A stretch of DNA of 64,000 bases from Candidatus Eiseniibacteriota bacterium (GTDB lineage Bacteria > Eisenbacteria > RBG-16-71-46 > CAIMUX01 > VGJL01), in NCBI GenBank assembly GCA_963792585.1, contig CAWBWI010000003.1:256001-320000 (forward strand). Direction: 5' to 3'. Numbering within the stretch: position 1 is the stretch's first letter; the number at the start of each line of letters is the position of its first letter. A program made the position numbers and the translations under genes. Shown here one piece after another: positions 51,031-60,639 of the stretch. The notes under the pieces were generated by a model. It saw only the letters and a program-made list of their open reading frames with translations. It was not told the origin of the DNA and searched no databases.

Positions 51031-53868
51031 CTACCACGTTTCCGTCAGTTCATCGATGACCTGGCCGTTTTCGTCATAGGTCACCCTGGAGCCGTGGCCG
51101 TTCTCCCAATTGATTTCCGATTGAATGTGCCACTCGGCCGGCTCACCCGTCCAAACGTACTCCTTGAAGAAACCGGTCTTGCAGTCTTCGGAGACGTGCG
51201 TTTCCGTCTTGGAGGATTCGGGAATGATCCAGGTGACGTCCTGCGAGTTGTCGGTGTTCTTCGCCCAGGTGATCTGCGACGAGAGGGTTCCGGCTTCAGC
51301 CACGTCGCCATCGTAGAAGCTCCAAGTTCCCGACTTGCCGTCTTCGGAGACGATCCAGGTCCAGCTGCTGATGACGGTGGTGGTGTTGTCGTCGTAGAGC
51401 CGGAGCGCGCCGCTCGTGCCGGTTTCATTGTCCATCGTTCCGCGAAGCGCGACCCAATTGGAGTAGTTGGACCCGTCGCAATTGCCATTCAAGGTGAGGG
51501 TCCACTCCCAGCCATCGCCGTTCCGGCAGACCCGGTACACGGCCGTGCAACCTACCTCGTAGTCGTAGGTCCAGGTGTAGCAACCGCCGCCCTCATCCGT
51601 CCAGTCCGCTCCCTGGAGAGGCAAGAGGAACGAATTGGCCACGGAGGCGATGATGGCGGCGAAGTTGAGGTTCAACTGAACGACCTGCTGCGCCGCCAAT
51701 GCGTTGGGGTCGGTGTTGTCGAAATTGACGCAGGTGCTGATGTCAGGAACGGGGAATGCGGGGAGGTTCACCCCTCCGGTAACGGTGAAGGGCGTCGACG
51801 CGCAGTTGTTCGTCTCGTCCCCTTCGGTAACCTCGCCGGCGATATCCGCGCACGCCTCCACGGTGTGGTTGCCGAGGGTCGCGGTTCCGAGGTTGCAGTT
51901 GACGATGACGCTGGAGCCCTCCGGCAGAGAGGAAGTATTGATCTCGGCGCACGTGCTGGCGCCGTCTAGGCGAACACGCGTCTTGCTTCCCCCTGCGAGA
52001 GTGCCTCCGGCGTTCCGGACGGTGACGACGGCCGAGACCGGCTGTCCCTCGGTCGGATTGGGCGGCGTGATGGAGATTTCGTCGATCACGAGATCCGCCT
52101 GGGTGACGACGGCCGTCACGTCCAGGTTCACGGTAAGGCAGTTGTTCGCCTCGCTCGATTCCGTGATGGTGGAACCGGCATCCGCGCACCCCTCGATGGA
52201 GTATGTGCCTGCGTCGAGCGTGCCGAGGGCACAGTCGACGGACAGGGTCTCGCCGGCAGGAATTGTCGCAGTCGCGATGCTCGAGCAACGTGACGTGCCG
52301 TCAACCGATGTCGAGGTGATGCTCGCAGCGGCCGCGCCCGTGCCCTGGTTCCGCACGACAACGTGGGCGGTGACCGGTTCCGCGGATGTCGGCTGGGCGG
52401 GGGTGAAGCTGATCGAGTCGACGATCAGGTCGGGGATGCTCGGCGCGACGACCGTGAGGTCCACGCTCAGGCAGTTGTTGTTCTCGACCGATTCCGTGAT
52501 CGCGGAACCGGCGTCGGCACACGCGTTGATGGCGTGCGTGCCGGCGCTCAGCGTGCCGAGATCACAGTCGACGGAAACACTCTGCCCGACAGGAATCGCC
52601 GCCGTAGCGATGCTCGCGCACTGTGGCGTGCCGTCAATTGAGGTCGACGAGACGCTTGCGGCGGCCGCGCCCGTGCCCTGGTTCTGGACGACAATGTGGG
52701 CCGTGACAGCCTCGCCGCTCGTCGGCTGCGCAGGCGTGAACGTGATCGACGAGATCGTCAAGTCGGGCGTGTCCGGGGGACTGACGGTGAAGTTGGCGGT
52801 GAGACAGTTGTTCGTCTCATTCAACTCGGTCACGGCCGAACCGGCGTCGGCGCAGGCCTCCGCTGTGTGGGCGCCGGTCTCGAAGATCCCGAGTTCGCAG
52901 TCGACGGTAACCGTGCCGCCCGCGGGGACACTCACCGTGGCGATGCTCGAGCACTCCGGAGTCCCATCGACTTCCGTCGACGTGATGGTCGCCTCAGCTG
53001 CTGCGGCACCCAGGTTTCGGACGACGACGTGCGCCGTGACCGCCTCACCGGTTGCCGGCTGCGCGGGTGTGAACGTGACCGACTCGATCGTCAAGTCTGG
53101 CATGTCCGGGGGACTGACTGTGAAGTCGGCGGTGAGGCAGTTGTTCGTCTCGTCCGACTCGGTCACGGTCGTGCCGGCGTCGGCGCATGCGTTCGCCGCG
53201 TGCGATCCCGGCTCCAGGGTCCCGAGTTCGCAGTCGACGGTGACCGTGCCGCCCGCGGGGACGCTCGCCGTGGCAATGCTCGAGCACTCAGGAGACCCAT
53301 CGACCGCCGTCGACGTGACGGTGGCCACGGCCTCGGCAGTGCCTTGGTTCCGGACCGTGACGTGCGCGGTCACGGGATCGTCCGGTCCCGCGGGGTCGGG
53401 GGAGAATGTAATCGATTGTACAAGGAGATCGGGCGTTGGCGGCGCCGCGACGGTTAGGTTCGCGGTGCGGCTATTGTTCGACTCGTCCGATTCGCTGATC
53501 GCGCCGGCGACATCCACGGTCGCTTCGAGTGTGTATGCGCCGGCAGTCTGGCCACCGATGTCGCACGTGACCGTCGCCTGCTGTGTCTTTGCAATAGCGG
53601 GCGTCGCGATGGCAGCGCAGGATGTTGTGCCGTTCACCTTGAGCCTGGTGGCGCAGGCGGCCGCGTCCGCTTCGCCCGTGTTCGCGACGGTGATGGTCAC
53701 CGTGATCGGTTCGTCCGTCTGGGGGCTGGCCGGGCTCCAGGTGATGCTCAGGACGGTCAGGTCCGCCTGGTCAGGTTTGGATGGATTGTTATCGTCTCCA
53801 CAAGACGTCAGGAAGAGGGGCAACGCGAGCATACAGAGGATCGCGAGTCCCCAGGATTTGCGAATCAT
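51031..53868 (-). CDS. Large lipoprotein with six Cys-containing CARDB-like repeats and an unrecognised C-terminal domain
   Basis: Lipobox LTSC; six units of the form xDLxxxxIT/VT...VxNxG...ExxExNN. Confidence 0.85.
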   Translation of the reverse strand: MIRKSWGLAILCMLALPLFLTSCGDDNNPSKPDQADLTVLSITWSPASPQTDEPITVTITVANTGEADAAACATRLKVNGTTSCAAIATPAIAKTQQATVTCDIGGQTAGAYTLEATVDVAGAISESDESNNSRTANLTVAAPPTPDLLVQSITFSPDPAGPDDPVTAHVTVRNQGTAEAVATVTSTAVDGSPECSSIATASVPAGGTVTVDCELGTLEPGSHAANACADAGTTVTESDETNNCLTADFTVSPPDMPDLTIESVTFTPAQPATGEAVTAHVVVRNLGAAAAEATITSTEVDGTPECSSIATVSVPAGGTVTVDCELGIFETGAHTAEACADAGSAVTELNETNNCLTANFTVSPPDTPDLTISSITFTPAQPTSGEAVTAHIVVQNQGTGAAAASVSSTSIDGTPQCASIATAAIPVGQSVSVDCDLGTLSAGTHAINACADAGSAITESVENNNCLSVDLTVVAPSIPDLIVDSISFTPAQPTSAEPVTAHVVVRNQGTGAAAASITSTSVDGTSRCSSIATATIPAGETLSVDCALGTLDAGTYSIEGCADAGSTITESSEANNCLTVNLDVTAVVTQADLVIDEISITPPNPTEGQPVSAVVTVRNAGGTLAGGSKTRVRLDGASTCAEINTSSLPEGSSVIVNCNLGTATLGNHTVEACADIAGEVTEGDETNNCASTPFTVTGGVNLPAFPVPDISTCVNFDNTDPNALAAQQVVQLNLNFAAIIASVANSFLLPLQGADWTDEGGGCYTWTYDYEVGCTAVYRVCRNGDGWEWTLTLNGNCDGSNYSNWVALRGTMDNETGTSGALRLYDDNTTTVISSWTWIVSEDGKSGTWSFYDGDVAEAGTLSSQITWAKNTDNSQDVTWIIPESSKTETHVSEDCKTGFFKEYVWTGEPAEWHIQSEINWENGHGSRVTYDENGQVIDELTETW
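51790..53770 (-). repeat. Intragenic tandem repeat of about 333 bp (6 units)
   Basis: Near-identical blocks CCCGAGTTCGCAGTCGACGGT...GCTCGAGCACTC at 52888 and 53221, offset 333 nt. Confidence 0.85.
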
Positions 53869-54076
53869 CTCAACTCCTTTCCATGACGATCATGCCGGGT
53901 TCTCTCGGTACGGGTGATATGCATCCGGCGAGGGTCGCCATGATCGCTGTGAACTTTCCTCTACTTATAAGCGGTCGCCATGCCCGCGGCCGGCGACGAC
54001 AGGGCTTGAGGTAACGGGAGTTTACAGGCAGCCGAAAGCCACCGGCAAGGAGGGAATCCGCCGGAGAGGGCGACAT

Positions 54077-55438
54077 CTACTCGATGGCGAACTTCTCCAT
54101 CCGGTAGAGCAGAACATGTCGGGGGATACCGAGATACTCGGCTGTTCGCGTCCGATTCCCTCCCTGCTTGGCCAGGGCTCGGACGATCAGCTCCCGTTCG
54201 AGACCGGGCAAACTCATGTGGTCCTCCGGCAGCTCCCCGAGGAGACTGGATGATGTGACCGGAGCGGGGCCGGTCAACGCCTCGTCACTCGGGAGCATCC
54301 CCTCCTCGTCCAGCGTGTCGGAGAGTCTCAAGAGAACAGTCCGCTGGCAGAAGTTGGCGAGTTCTCGAACGTTGCCGGGCCAGGTACGGCGCATCAAAGC
54401 CCGGATGAGGCCGGGCGTCGAGCGGATGGATACGCCGTCCGCGTACTTTCGCACGAAATGCTCCCAGAGGGCCGGTATGTCCTCGAGCCGCTCGCGGAGG
54501 GGTGGAATGTGGATCGGGATTACGTTGAGGCGATAGTAAAGGTCGCTCCGAAACAATCCTTCGCGCACGCGCGCGCCGAGATCGGTGTTCGTGGCCGCGA
54601 TCAGACGGACGTCGACCTGAACGGGAGTTGTTCCACCTACGACGTCGACGAGGCGGGTTTCGATCACACGGAGCAGCTTCGTCTGGAGATCGGCCTGTAG
54701 ATCTCCGATTTCGTCGAGGAAGAGCGTCCCTTTGTCTGCGCGCTGGAACTTGCCCGGCTTGTCGGTTACCGCCCCCGTGAATGCACCGCGGGCGTGCCCG
54801 AACAATTCGGATTCCATCAAGTCGCGCGGGATCGCTGCGCAGTTGATCGCTACGAACGGCCGATCCCAACGATCCGACAATCCGTGGAGGGCCTGAGCGA
54901 TGACTTCCTTTCCGGTGCCGCTCTCGCCCGTGATCAACGCTGTTGCATCCGTGGGAGCGATCCGCTTGACCATTTCCAGGAGTTGCGCGCTCGCCTCGGA
55001 AGCGTGGACGAACTCGAATCGACGCGTCTGCTCCCGAAGCCGTTCACGAAGTTCCTTATTCTCCCGAATGAGCCTGCGCTGCTCTGTGGCTTTCTCGACG
55101 GTTAGCTTCAGCTCGTCGCGATTGAACGGCTTGGTCAGATAATCGTGGGCGCCGCGCTTCATCGCCTCGACGGCGTCTTCGATCGAGCCGAATGCGGTGA
55201 GGATGATGACGGGAATGGTCGGATCACTCTGGTGCACGCGCTCGAGCACACCGAGGCCGTCCATGCCCGGCATCTTCAGGTCGGTGACGACGACATCAGG
55301 GGCGGCGTCGGCGAGACCCGCCAATGCGCTCTTCCCGTCCGCGTACGCGCTGACTTCGTGCCCTTGTTCACGCAGTGCGAAGGCGAGCACCTCCCTGAGG
55401 TTCGCGTCATCATCGATCAAGAGAACCTTGGACATCAT
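54077..55438 (-). CDS. Sigma54-dependent response regulator (NtrC/ZraR family)
   Basis: Receiver (IDDD, DLKMP, KP), GESGTGKE, GAFTGA, LFLDEIG, WPGNVREL, Fis HTH. Confidence 0.95.
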   Translation of the reverse strand: MMSKVLLIDDDANLREVLAFALREQGHEVSAYADGKSALAGLADAAPDVVVTDLKMPGMDGLGVLERVHQSDPTIPVIILTAFGSIEDAVEAMKRGAHDYLTKPFNRDELKLTVEKATEQRRLIRENKELRERLREQTRRFEFVHASEASAQLLEMVKRIAPTDATALITGESGTGKEVIAQALHGLSDRWDRPFVAINCAAIPRDLMESELFGHARGAFTGAVTDKPGKFQRADKGTLFLDEIGDLQADLQTKLLRVIETRLVDVVGGTTPVQVDVRLIAATNTDLGARVREGLFRSDLYYRLNVIPIHIPPLRERLEDIPALWEHFVRKYADGVSIRSTPGLIRALMRRTWPGNVRELANFCQRTVLLRLSDTLDEEGMLPSDEALTGPAPVTSSSLLGELPEDHMSLPGLERELIVRALAKQGGNRTRTAEYLGIPRHVLLYRMEKFAIE

Positions 55439-55443
55439 GCGCC

Positions 55444-56550
55444 TCACTCTCGCTCGAGCGGCAGCTCACACTCGACGATCCCTCCGCCGTCGGTGTGATT
55501 GCGGACCGTGATCGTCCCGCCGTGGAGCGCGACGATCCGGTGCGAAACGGCCAGCCCAAGACCGGTTCCCTGCTCCTTGGTTGTGTAGAAGGGTGTGAAT
55601 GCGTTTTCGATGGCCTCCTGCGAGAATCCAGGCCCGGAATCCCGGACGATCAACCGGCAGAATCCACGCGACGAGGAGCAGGAAACCCGCACCAGACCAC
55701 CCTGGCCACCCTGGCCGGCCGACTGGGACGCATTGAGAAGGATGTTGAGAAGGACCTGACGGAGTTGTTCCCGATCCCCTCGGATGAGAACGGGCGGAGA
55801 CGGGTCGACTTCGAATCGCACGCTCCGTACCTCCGCCTGGCCCTGGATGAGGGCAAGGACAGCCTCTAGTTCAGCCCGGATGTCGAAGACCGACCGTTCG
55901 AGGGCCCTGGGTCGTGCGAAGGCCAGGAATCGGGATAGGACGTTGTTCAGGCGTACCGATTCGTCGATGAGCACCCGCAAGAGTTTGCGCTTGGGATGGT
56001 CGGGCGGAAAGTCGTCGGCGAGGATCTCCGCCGATCCCTTGATCGATGCGAGCGGGTTGCGGATTTCGTGTGCGAGCCCCGCGGACATACGACCGATCGC
56101 GGCAAGTTTCGCAGCTTGGACGAGTTGGTCCTCGGTGTCACGAAGCTGCGTAATGCTCCCCTCGAGATCGTGCTGGGCCCCCTTCAGTCGGGACACCAGG
56201 GAACCGGTGATCCCGCCGACGGCGAAGTAGAGGACCATCTCGAGCACCTTCTGAAGCGGCAATGCGGGATCATGGGAAATGATGCCCAGGAGGTGGAATG
56301 CGTGTGGGACGTAGAGCGCAACGACGACGGCCGCGGCGATCAATCCGCCGGTCAGTCCGTGGGCGAATGCGGCGAATATGATCGGAAGATAGTAGAGTCT
56401 GCGGTAGATATCGTGCAGATAGTGTTTATGGGTCGGGGCGAGATAGTGGAGGACGGAAATCACCCCAATTGCGAGATAGATGACGACGTCGCGCCAGTGG
56501 AGCCGCAACCAATGGCGGGGCGAATTCACTTCTTCGCCGACGGGGGCCAT
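55444..56550 (-). CDS. Sensor histidine kinase with His-rich membrane domain
   Basis: LHYLAPTHKHYLHDIYRRLYY, AHEIRNPL, NILLNA, DSGPG, GTGLGL. Confidence 0.92.
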   Translation of the reverse strand: MAPVGEEVNSPRHWLRLHWRDVVIYLAIGVISVLHYLAPTHKHYLHDIYRRLYYLPIIFAAFAHGLTGGLIAAAVVVALYVPHAFHLLGIISHDPALPLQKVLEMVLYFAVGGITGSLVSRLKGAQHDLEGSITQLRDTEDQLVQAAKLAAIGRMSAGLAHEIRNPLASIKGSAEILADDFPPDHPKRKLLRVLIDESVRLNNVLSRFLAFARPRALERSVFDIRAELEAVLALIQGQAEVRSVRFEVDPSPPVLIRGDREQLRQVLLNILLNASQSAGQGGQGGLVRVSCSSSRGFCRLIVRDSGPGFSQEAIENAFTPFYTTKEQGTGLGLAVSHRIVALHGGTITVRNHTDGGGIVECELPLERE

Positions 56551-57071
56551 ACGACCGTGAAGACGACGTCAGATTCGGAGCCCTTGAACCCCTTGATGGT
56601 GACGGTGGCGGTGGCGTCGCCCAAGGACTTGGACAGATCGATCTTCCCGAAGACGCGATCCTGCGGGATCAGCTCCATCCCCCCGCAAGCTTCGCACCTA
56701 CCCGGTTTCGTCTGTGCGACTTCAGCGTGCATCGGACAGAAGAAGAGGATCTTTTCACCCTCCTTTGGGGAATCGAGCGAGAGGGGAACCTCTACCCCCG
56801 GGGAGCCCTTGACCGTCACGATGGCCGCGGCCTTGACGCGTTGCATCAGCATCGGCGCCATCTGTGGGTCGTACAGATAGACGGACACTCCGCTGGAAGA
56901 GAAGACGGTCTCGAATGCGTGCGCCTTCGTCTTGGTGAGGATGCCGTCGTGAGGCCCCACGGGGGAAGTCGGTACCGGCGGGGTCGAGTCTTCACCCGAG
57001 CGAACGACGCCAGGGAGGGCTAGAATGACCAATGCCACGAGAGCACAGCGAATACTTGGAAAGAGTCTCAT
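56526..57071 (-). CDS. Exported heavy-metal-binding-domain protein
   Basis: Signal peptide from ATG 57071, GPHDG, FFCPMHAE...CEACGGMEL. Confidence 0.75.
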   Translation of the reverse strand: MRLFPSIRCALVALVILALPGVVRSGEDSTPPVPTSPVGPHDGILTKTKAHAFETVFSSSGVSVYLYDPQMAPMLMQRVKAAAIVTVKGSPGVEVPLSLDSPKEGEKILFFCPMHAEVAQTKPGRCEACGGMELIPQDRVFGKIDLSKSLGDATATVTIKGFKGSESDVVFTVVWPPSAKK

Positions 57072-57081
57072 AGTAGTTTCC

Positions 57082-57630
57082 TCACACCCGCTCCACCATC
57101 CCGATGCAGTCGAGGGGGCAGGATGCGGCGCACGTTCCGCAGCCGTAACATTCTTCCATCGACAGAGCGAGTCTGCCTCCGACGATGGCGCGGGCACCGA
57201 AGTGGCAAACGTCCACACAGCCGCCGCAATCGTTGCATTCGGAGACGTTCGTTCGCTCGATGAACCGGCCTTTGTCGCATCGTTCCTCTTTGTTCAGGAA
57301 ATACCCGCAGCAGTCGTCGCAGCAAAAGCAGATCCCCTCGGTGGCAGTTCGGTCCTCCCACCCGCGGAACGGTCGGGCAACGAGCCGATGTTCCCGCGCT
57401 TCGCAGAGGATCTCCTCGACCTGCGCGCGGGTGATGGGATGCAGACCGGACGGGTCGGCCGCGGTTCGCTCCAGGAATTGAAGGCAGACGTCAGTCCGGC
57501 TGCGACCGCAGGCGCCCCTCGATACCCGGCAGCCGCAGTTCGAGACCCAGAACTGGTCCCGGGAACTCACCAGCGACGCCGCTTCTTCCCAGGTACAGAC
57601 ATAGTGGAGGGCGGGCTCGGTCTGGCTCAT
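57082..57630 (-). CDS. Cys-rich 4Fe-4S ferredoxin-like protein
   Basis: CGCR..C..C, ICFCCDDCC, CNDCGGCVDVC, CYGCGTCAASCP; GGAGG RBS before ATG 57630. Confidence 0.85.
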   Translation of the reverse strand: MSQTEPALHYVCTWEEAASLVSSRDQFWVSNCGCRVSRGACGRSRTDVCLQFLERTAADPSGLHPITRAQVEEILCEAREHRLVARPFRGWEDRTATEGICFCCDDCCGYFLNKEERCDKGRFIERTNVSECNDCGGCVDVCHFGARAIVGGRLALSMEECYGCGTCAASCPLDCIGMVERV

Positions 57631-57658
57631 GGGCACCTCCGGAGGTTGTACCGTCCGG

Positions 57659-57705
57659 TGGAGAATATTCTCCAATTCGGCCGCGGTCCCGGAGGATTTT
57701 CTACA
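57659..57705. promoter_or_regulatory. Candidate enhancer (UAS) pair for the sigma54 activator
   Basis: Perfect 16-bp palindrome TGGAGAATATTCTCCA (57659-57674) and a 12/16 copy CGGAGGATTTTCTACA (57690-57705). Confidence 0.65.
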
Positions 57706-57815
57706 ACTCTCGGGCCCCCGGACAGATCGGGAGACGGCTCGCACGAGGGCACCGCGTAACATATTGTCCTATCATGCGTTAGAGGCCCACAAAAACCCTG
57801 CTTCGAGCGCGGGGA

Positions 57816-57830
57816 TGGCACGACCCCTGC
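57816..57830 (+). promoter_or_regulatory. Sigma54 -24/-12 promoter
   Basis: TGGCACGACCCCTGC (GG-N10-GC), 24 bp before the tolC-like start. Confidence 0.75.
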
Positions 57831-57854
57831 CTAGGGCCACGAGGGAGGTATTCA

Positions 57855-59114
57855 ATGCTGCACCGAGTCCGGCCGGTAGCGCTCTTATTGGGGGTCGCCG
57901 CGTCGCTCGCAGCCGGGCTCGCGCCGGCCGCGTCCCTCGACTCGCTGGTCGTGGTCGCGATGCACGAGAACTCCCGGTTGCAGTCACTGGAATCGGCTTG
58001 GCGCGCGGCGCTGGAACGAGTTCCCCGGGCCGCCGCCCTGCCCGATCCGATGCTCGAGTGGAAGGCGGAGGCCTCGCCCCTGCGGCGACCGGCTCCCGGC
58101 AACGCGGGATCTCAGAAGATCGCAGTGAGTCAGATGCTGATGTTCCCTGGAAAGCGCGGCGCGATGCGCTCGGGGATGGAGGCGGAGGCGGAGATGGCGA
58201 GGGCGCAACTTGACCGCGCGCGACTGGAAGTCGCCGCCGAGCTCCATCGGGCCTACTACGATCTCTACCTCCTCTTCGAGTCGGCGGATATCCTCGATAC
58301 CGATCGGGAGGCACTGCACGCGATGGCCGAGGTTGCACGCACGAAATACGAGGTCGGTACGGCCATGCAGCAGGATTTGTTGAAGGCGAATGTAGAACTG
58401 GCGATGGAGGAGAACCGCCTGGCCATTTTCCGTGCGCGGATACCCGCAGCCATCGCCCGTATCAACGCAGTCCTGAACCGGCCGATGGACGCACCGGTTG
58501 AGAGACCGGTCCTTGGCGACACAACCGCGGTTTGGCCGGGATGGGCGGCGCTCGAGCAAACCGCGCTCACACGTCAACCGATGCTTCGCATGAAGGATCA
58601 GGCGATCGCGAAGGGGGAATCCGATCGTCGTCTCGCGGGGAAGGCGGGGTGGCCCGATCTGACCGTCGGCGTCGAGTATATGGCGGAGCGGGACATGGAA
58701 GACGCGGTGACCTGGATGGCGGGAATCAACCTGCCGATCTGGCGGCGTGGCCGCGTGGCGTCGGCGAAGCGTGAGGCGGATCAGGCGCTTGCCGCAGCCC
58801 GCACGGACAGGTTGCAGACGGGGAACGAGACGGCGTTCATGGTCCGGGACGCCTACACGATGGCGACGACCATGCGGTCTCAGGTCGCTCTCTACCGCGA
58901 CGCCGTTCTTCCCCAGGCTGCGCAGGCGCTGGGGTCGACCCGCGCCACCTACGAAACGAACGGGACCGAATTCATGATGTATTTGGACACGCAGCGTTCG
59001 CTCCTCCAGGCGCGACTGATGTACGTGGAGGCGCTCGCAGAATTCATGAAAGCCCGAGCCGAACTCGGCCTCGCAGTCGGCGAGCCGACCTTGTTGGGGG
59101 TGAAGGATGAGTGA
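57855..59114 (+). CDS. TolC-family outer membrane efflux protein (CusC-like)
   Basis: Signal peptide, ALPDPML, QMLMFPGK, YEVG...QDLLKA, INLPIW; first gene of the RND operon. Confidence 0.88.
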   Translation: MLHRVRPVALLLGVAASLAAGLAPAASLDSLVVVAMHENSRLQSLESAWRAALERVPRAAALPDPMLEWKAEASPLRRPAPGNAGSQKIAVSQMLMFPGKRGAMRSGMEAEAEMARAQLDRARLEVAAELHRAYYDLYLLFESADILDTDREALHAMAEVARTKYEVGTAMQQDLLKANVELAMEENRLAIFRARIPAAIARINAVLNRPMDAPVERPVLGDTTAVWPGWAALEQTALTRQPMLRMKDQAIAKGESDRRLAGKAGWPDLTVGVEYMAERDMEDAVTWMAGINLPIWRRGRVASAKREADQALAAARTDRLQTGNETAFMVRDAYTMATTMRSQVALYRDAVLPQAAQALGSTRATYETNGTEFMMYLDTQRSLLQARLMYVEALAEFMKARAELGLAVGEPTLLGVKDE

Positions 59115-60627
59115 CGGGCGCAATGCGAGCAGTTGGCGCCAGCGCGCATGGATGTTCTTCCGGATCCTGAACGTGCGGCTCCGCTTCATCTTGCTCATGG
59201 TCGCGACGGGTCTCGTCGCAGCCCAATGGGACAACATCGTCGCCCACTGGGAGAGGTGGACGCGATCAACGCACGTCGCGGTCGGGGAGTCCCGGCAAGG
59301 GATCGAGTTCTACTGCCCGATGCATCCAAGTGTCGTCCGCTCCGAATCCGGGAACTGCCCAATCTGCGGGATGCCGCTCGTGAAGCGCGCCAGAGGCGAG
59401 AGGGCCGCGCTGCCGGAGGGAGTTCTGGGCCGGGTGCAACTCTCCCCCTACCGAATTCAGCTTGGCGGAATCGCAACGAGCGAGGTGACCTCGCAGGCGA
59501 TCGGCGGCTCCATCCGCACCGTGGGAACGATAGACGCCGATGAGAGGAGAACGGCGCACATCTCCGCCCGCGTCGCGGGGAGGATCGAGAAGTTGCACGT
59601 CGACTTCACGGGAGAACGCGTCGAGAAGGGGTCGCCTCTCGTCGATCTCTACAGCCCGGAGTTGATGACAACGCAACGGGAGTACCTCCTCGCACGGGGC
59701 GCGCTCGACCGCGCAATCGCGGGTGGCGTGGCCACGACGATCGCCTCGGCGCAAGCGGTCTTCGATGCCACTCACCAGCGGCTGCGGTTCTGGGGCATCA
59801 ACGATGCACAGCTGGCGGAACTGGAGGGGGATGGTCAGCCGAATCCACGTCAGACGATCCTCGCCCCCGTCTCGGGCATCGTGACACAGAAGAACGTCCT
59901 CGCCGGTCAATCGGTGATGGAAGGGGACGATCTCTACACGATCGCGGATCTGTCAGGAGTTTGGATGAACGCATCCGTGTTCGAAGCTGACATCTCGAGG
60001 ATCAAGGTGGGACAGGAAGTCACCGTCACCGCTGGAGCTCTGCCGGGACGGAACTTCGAGGGGAAGATCGGTTTCGTCGCGCCCACCATGGACCCGGCGA
60101 CGCGGACGGCCACGGTTCGTGTCGACATCTCGAATCCCGACCTCGCGCTGAAACCGGGAATGTACGTAGACGCGGACATCGCTGCCGCCGAGAGGAACGA
60201 CGCCGGCGCGAGGTCTACGGTCGCGCGGTCGTACTACACCTGCCCCATGCATCCGCAGATCGTACGCGACGGGCCGGCTGACTGTCCCATTTGCGGGATG
60301 CATCTGGTCAAGGTCGAGGCGAGGGCTGCAGGAGTATCCCTTGCTGTCCCGGAGAGCGCGGTCATCGACACCGGAACACGCAAGGTGGTCTACCTCGAGC
60401 GCGAACCGGGAACCTTCGATGCGGTCTCCGTGGAGCTCGGCCCGCGGGCCGGCGGATTCTACACCGTGCTTGGCGGCCTTTCCGAAGGGGACCGTGTCGT
60501 CACGCAGGGAGCATTCCTCGTGGACGCCGAGAATCGACTCAATCCGGCCGCCGCCGGCACCTATTTCGGCGCGACGGGAAGTCCCGCAAAGAACGGTGGT
60601 GATATCCCACCGAGTCATACGCACTAA
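59107..60627 (+). CDS. RND periplasmic adaptor (CusB-like) with two heavy-metal-binding domains
   Basis: YCPMHP...CPICGM and YTCPMHP...CPICGM, GRIEKL, YSPEL, LKPGMY, VPESAVIDTG. Confidence 0.92.
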   Translation: MSDGRNASSWRQRAWMFFRILNVRLRFILLMVATGLVAAQWDNIVAHWERWTRSTHVAVGESRQGIEFYCPMHPSVVRSESGNCPICGMPLVKRARGERAALPEGVLGRVQLSPYRIQLGGIATSEVTSQAIGGSIRTVGTIDADERRTAHISARVAGRIEKLHVDFTGERVEKGSPLVDLYSPELMTTQREYLLARGALDRAIAGGVATTIASAQAVFDATHQRLRFWGINDAQLAELEGDGQPNPRQTILAPVSGIVTQKNVLAGQSVMEGDDLYTIADLSGVWMNASVFEADISRIKVGQEVTVTAGALPGRNFEGKIGFVAPTMDPATRTATVRVDISNPDLALKPGMYVDADIAAAERNDAGARSTVARSYYTCPMHPQIVRDGPADCPICGMHLVKVEARAAGVSLAVPESAVIDTGTRKVVYLEREPGTFDAVSVELGPRAGGFYTVLGGLSEGDRVVTQGAFLVDAENRLNPAAAGTYFGATGSPAKNGGDIPPSHTH

Positions 60628-60639
60628 AGGCGGCGGGGA

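Noticed and set aside
51704..53917. 737-aa plus-strand ORF
   Set aside because: Antisense shadow of the CARDB lipoprotein; no motifs of its own.
53869..54076. Riboswitch or ncRNA upstream of the CARDB gene
   Set aside because: No recognisable c-di-GMP or other aptamer consensus by eye; an Rfam scan would be needed.
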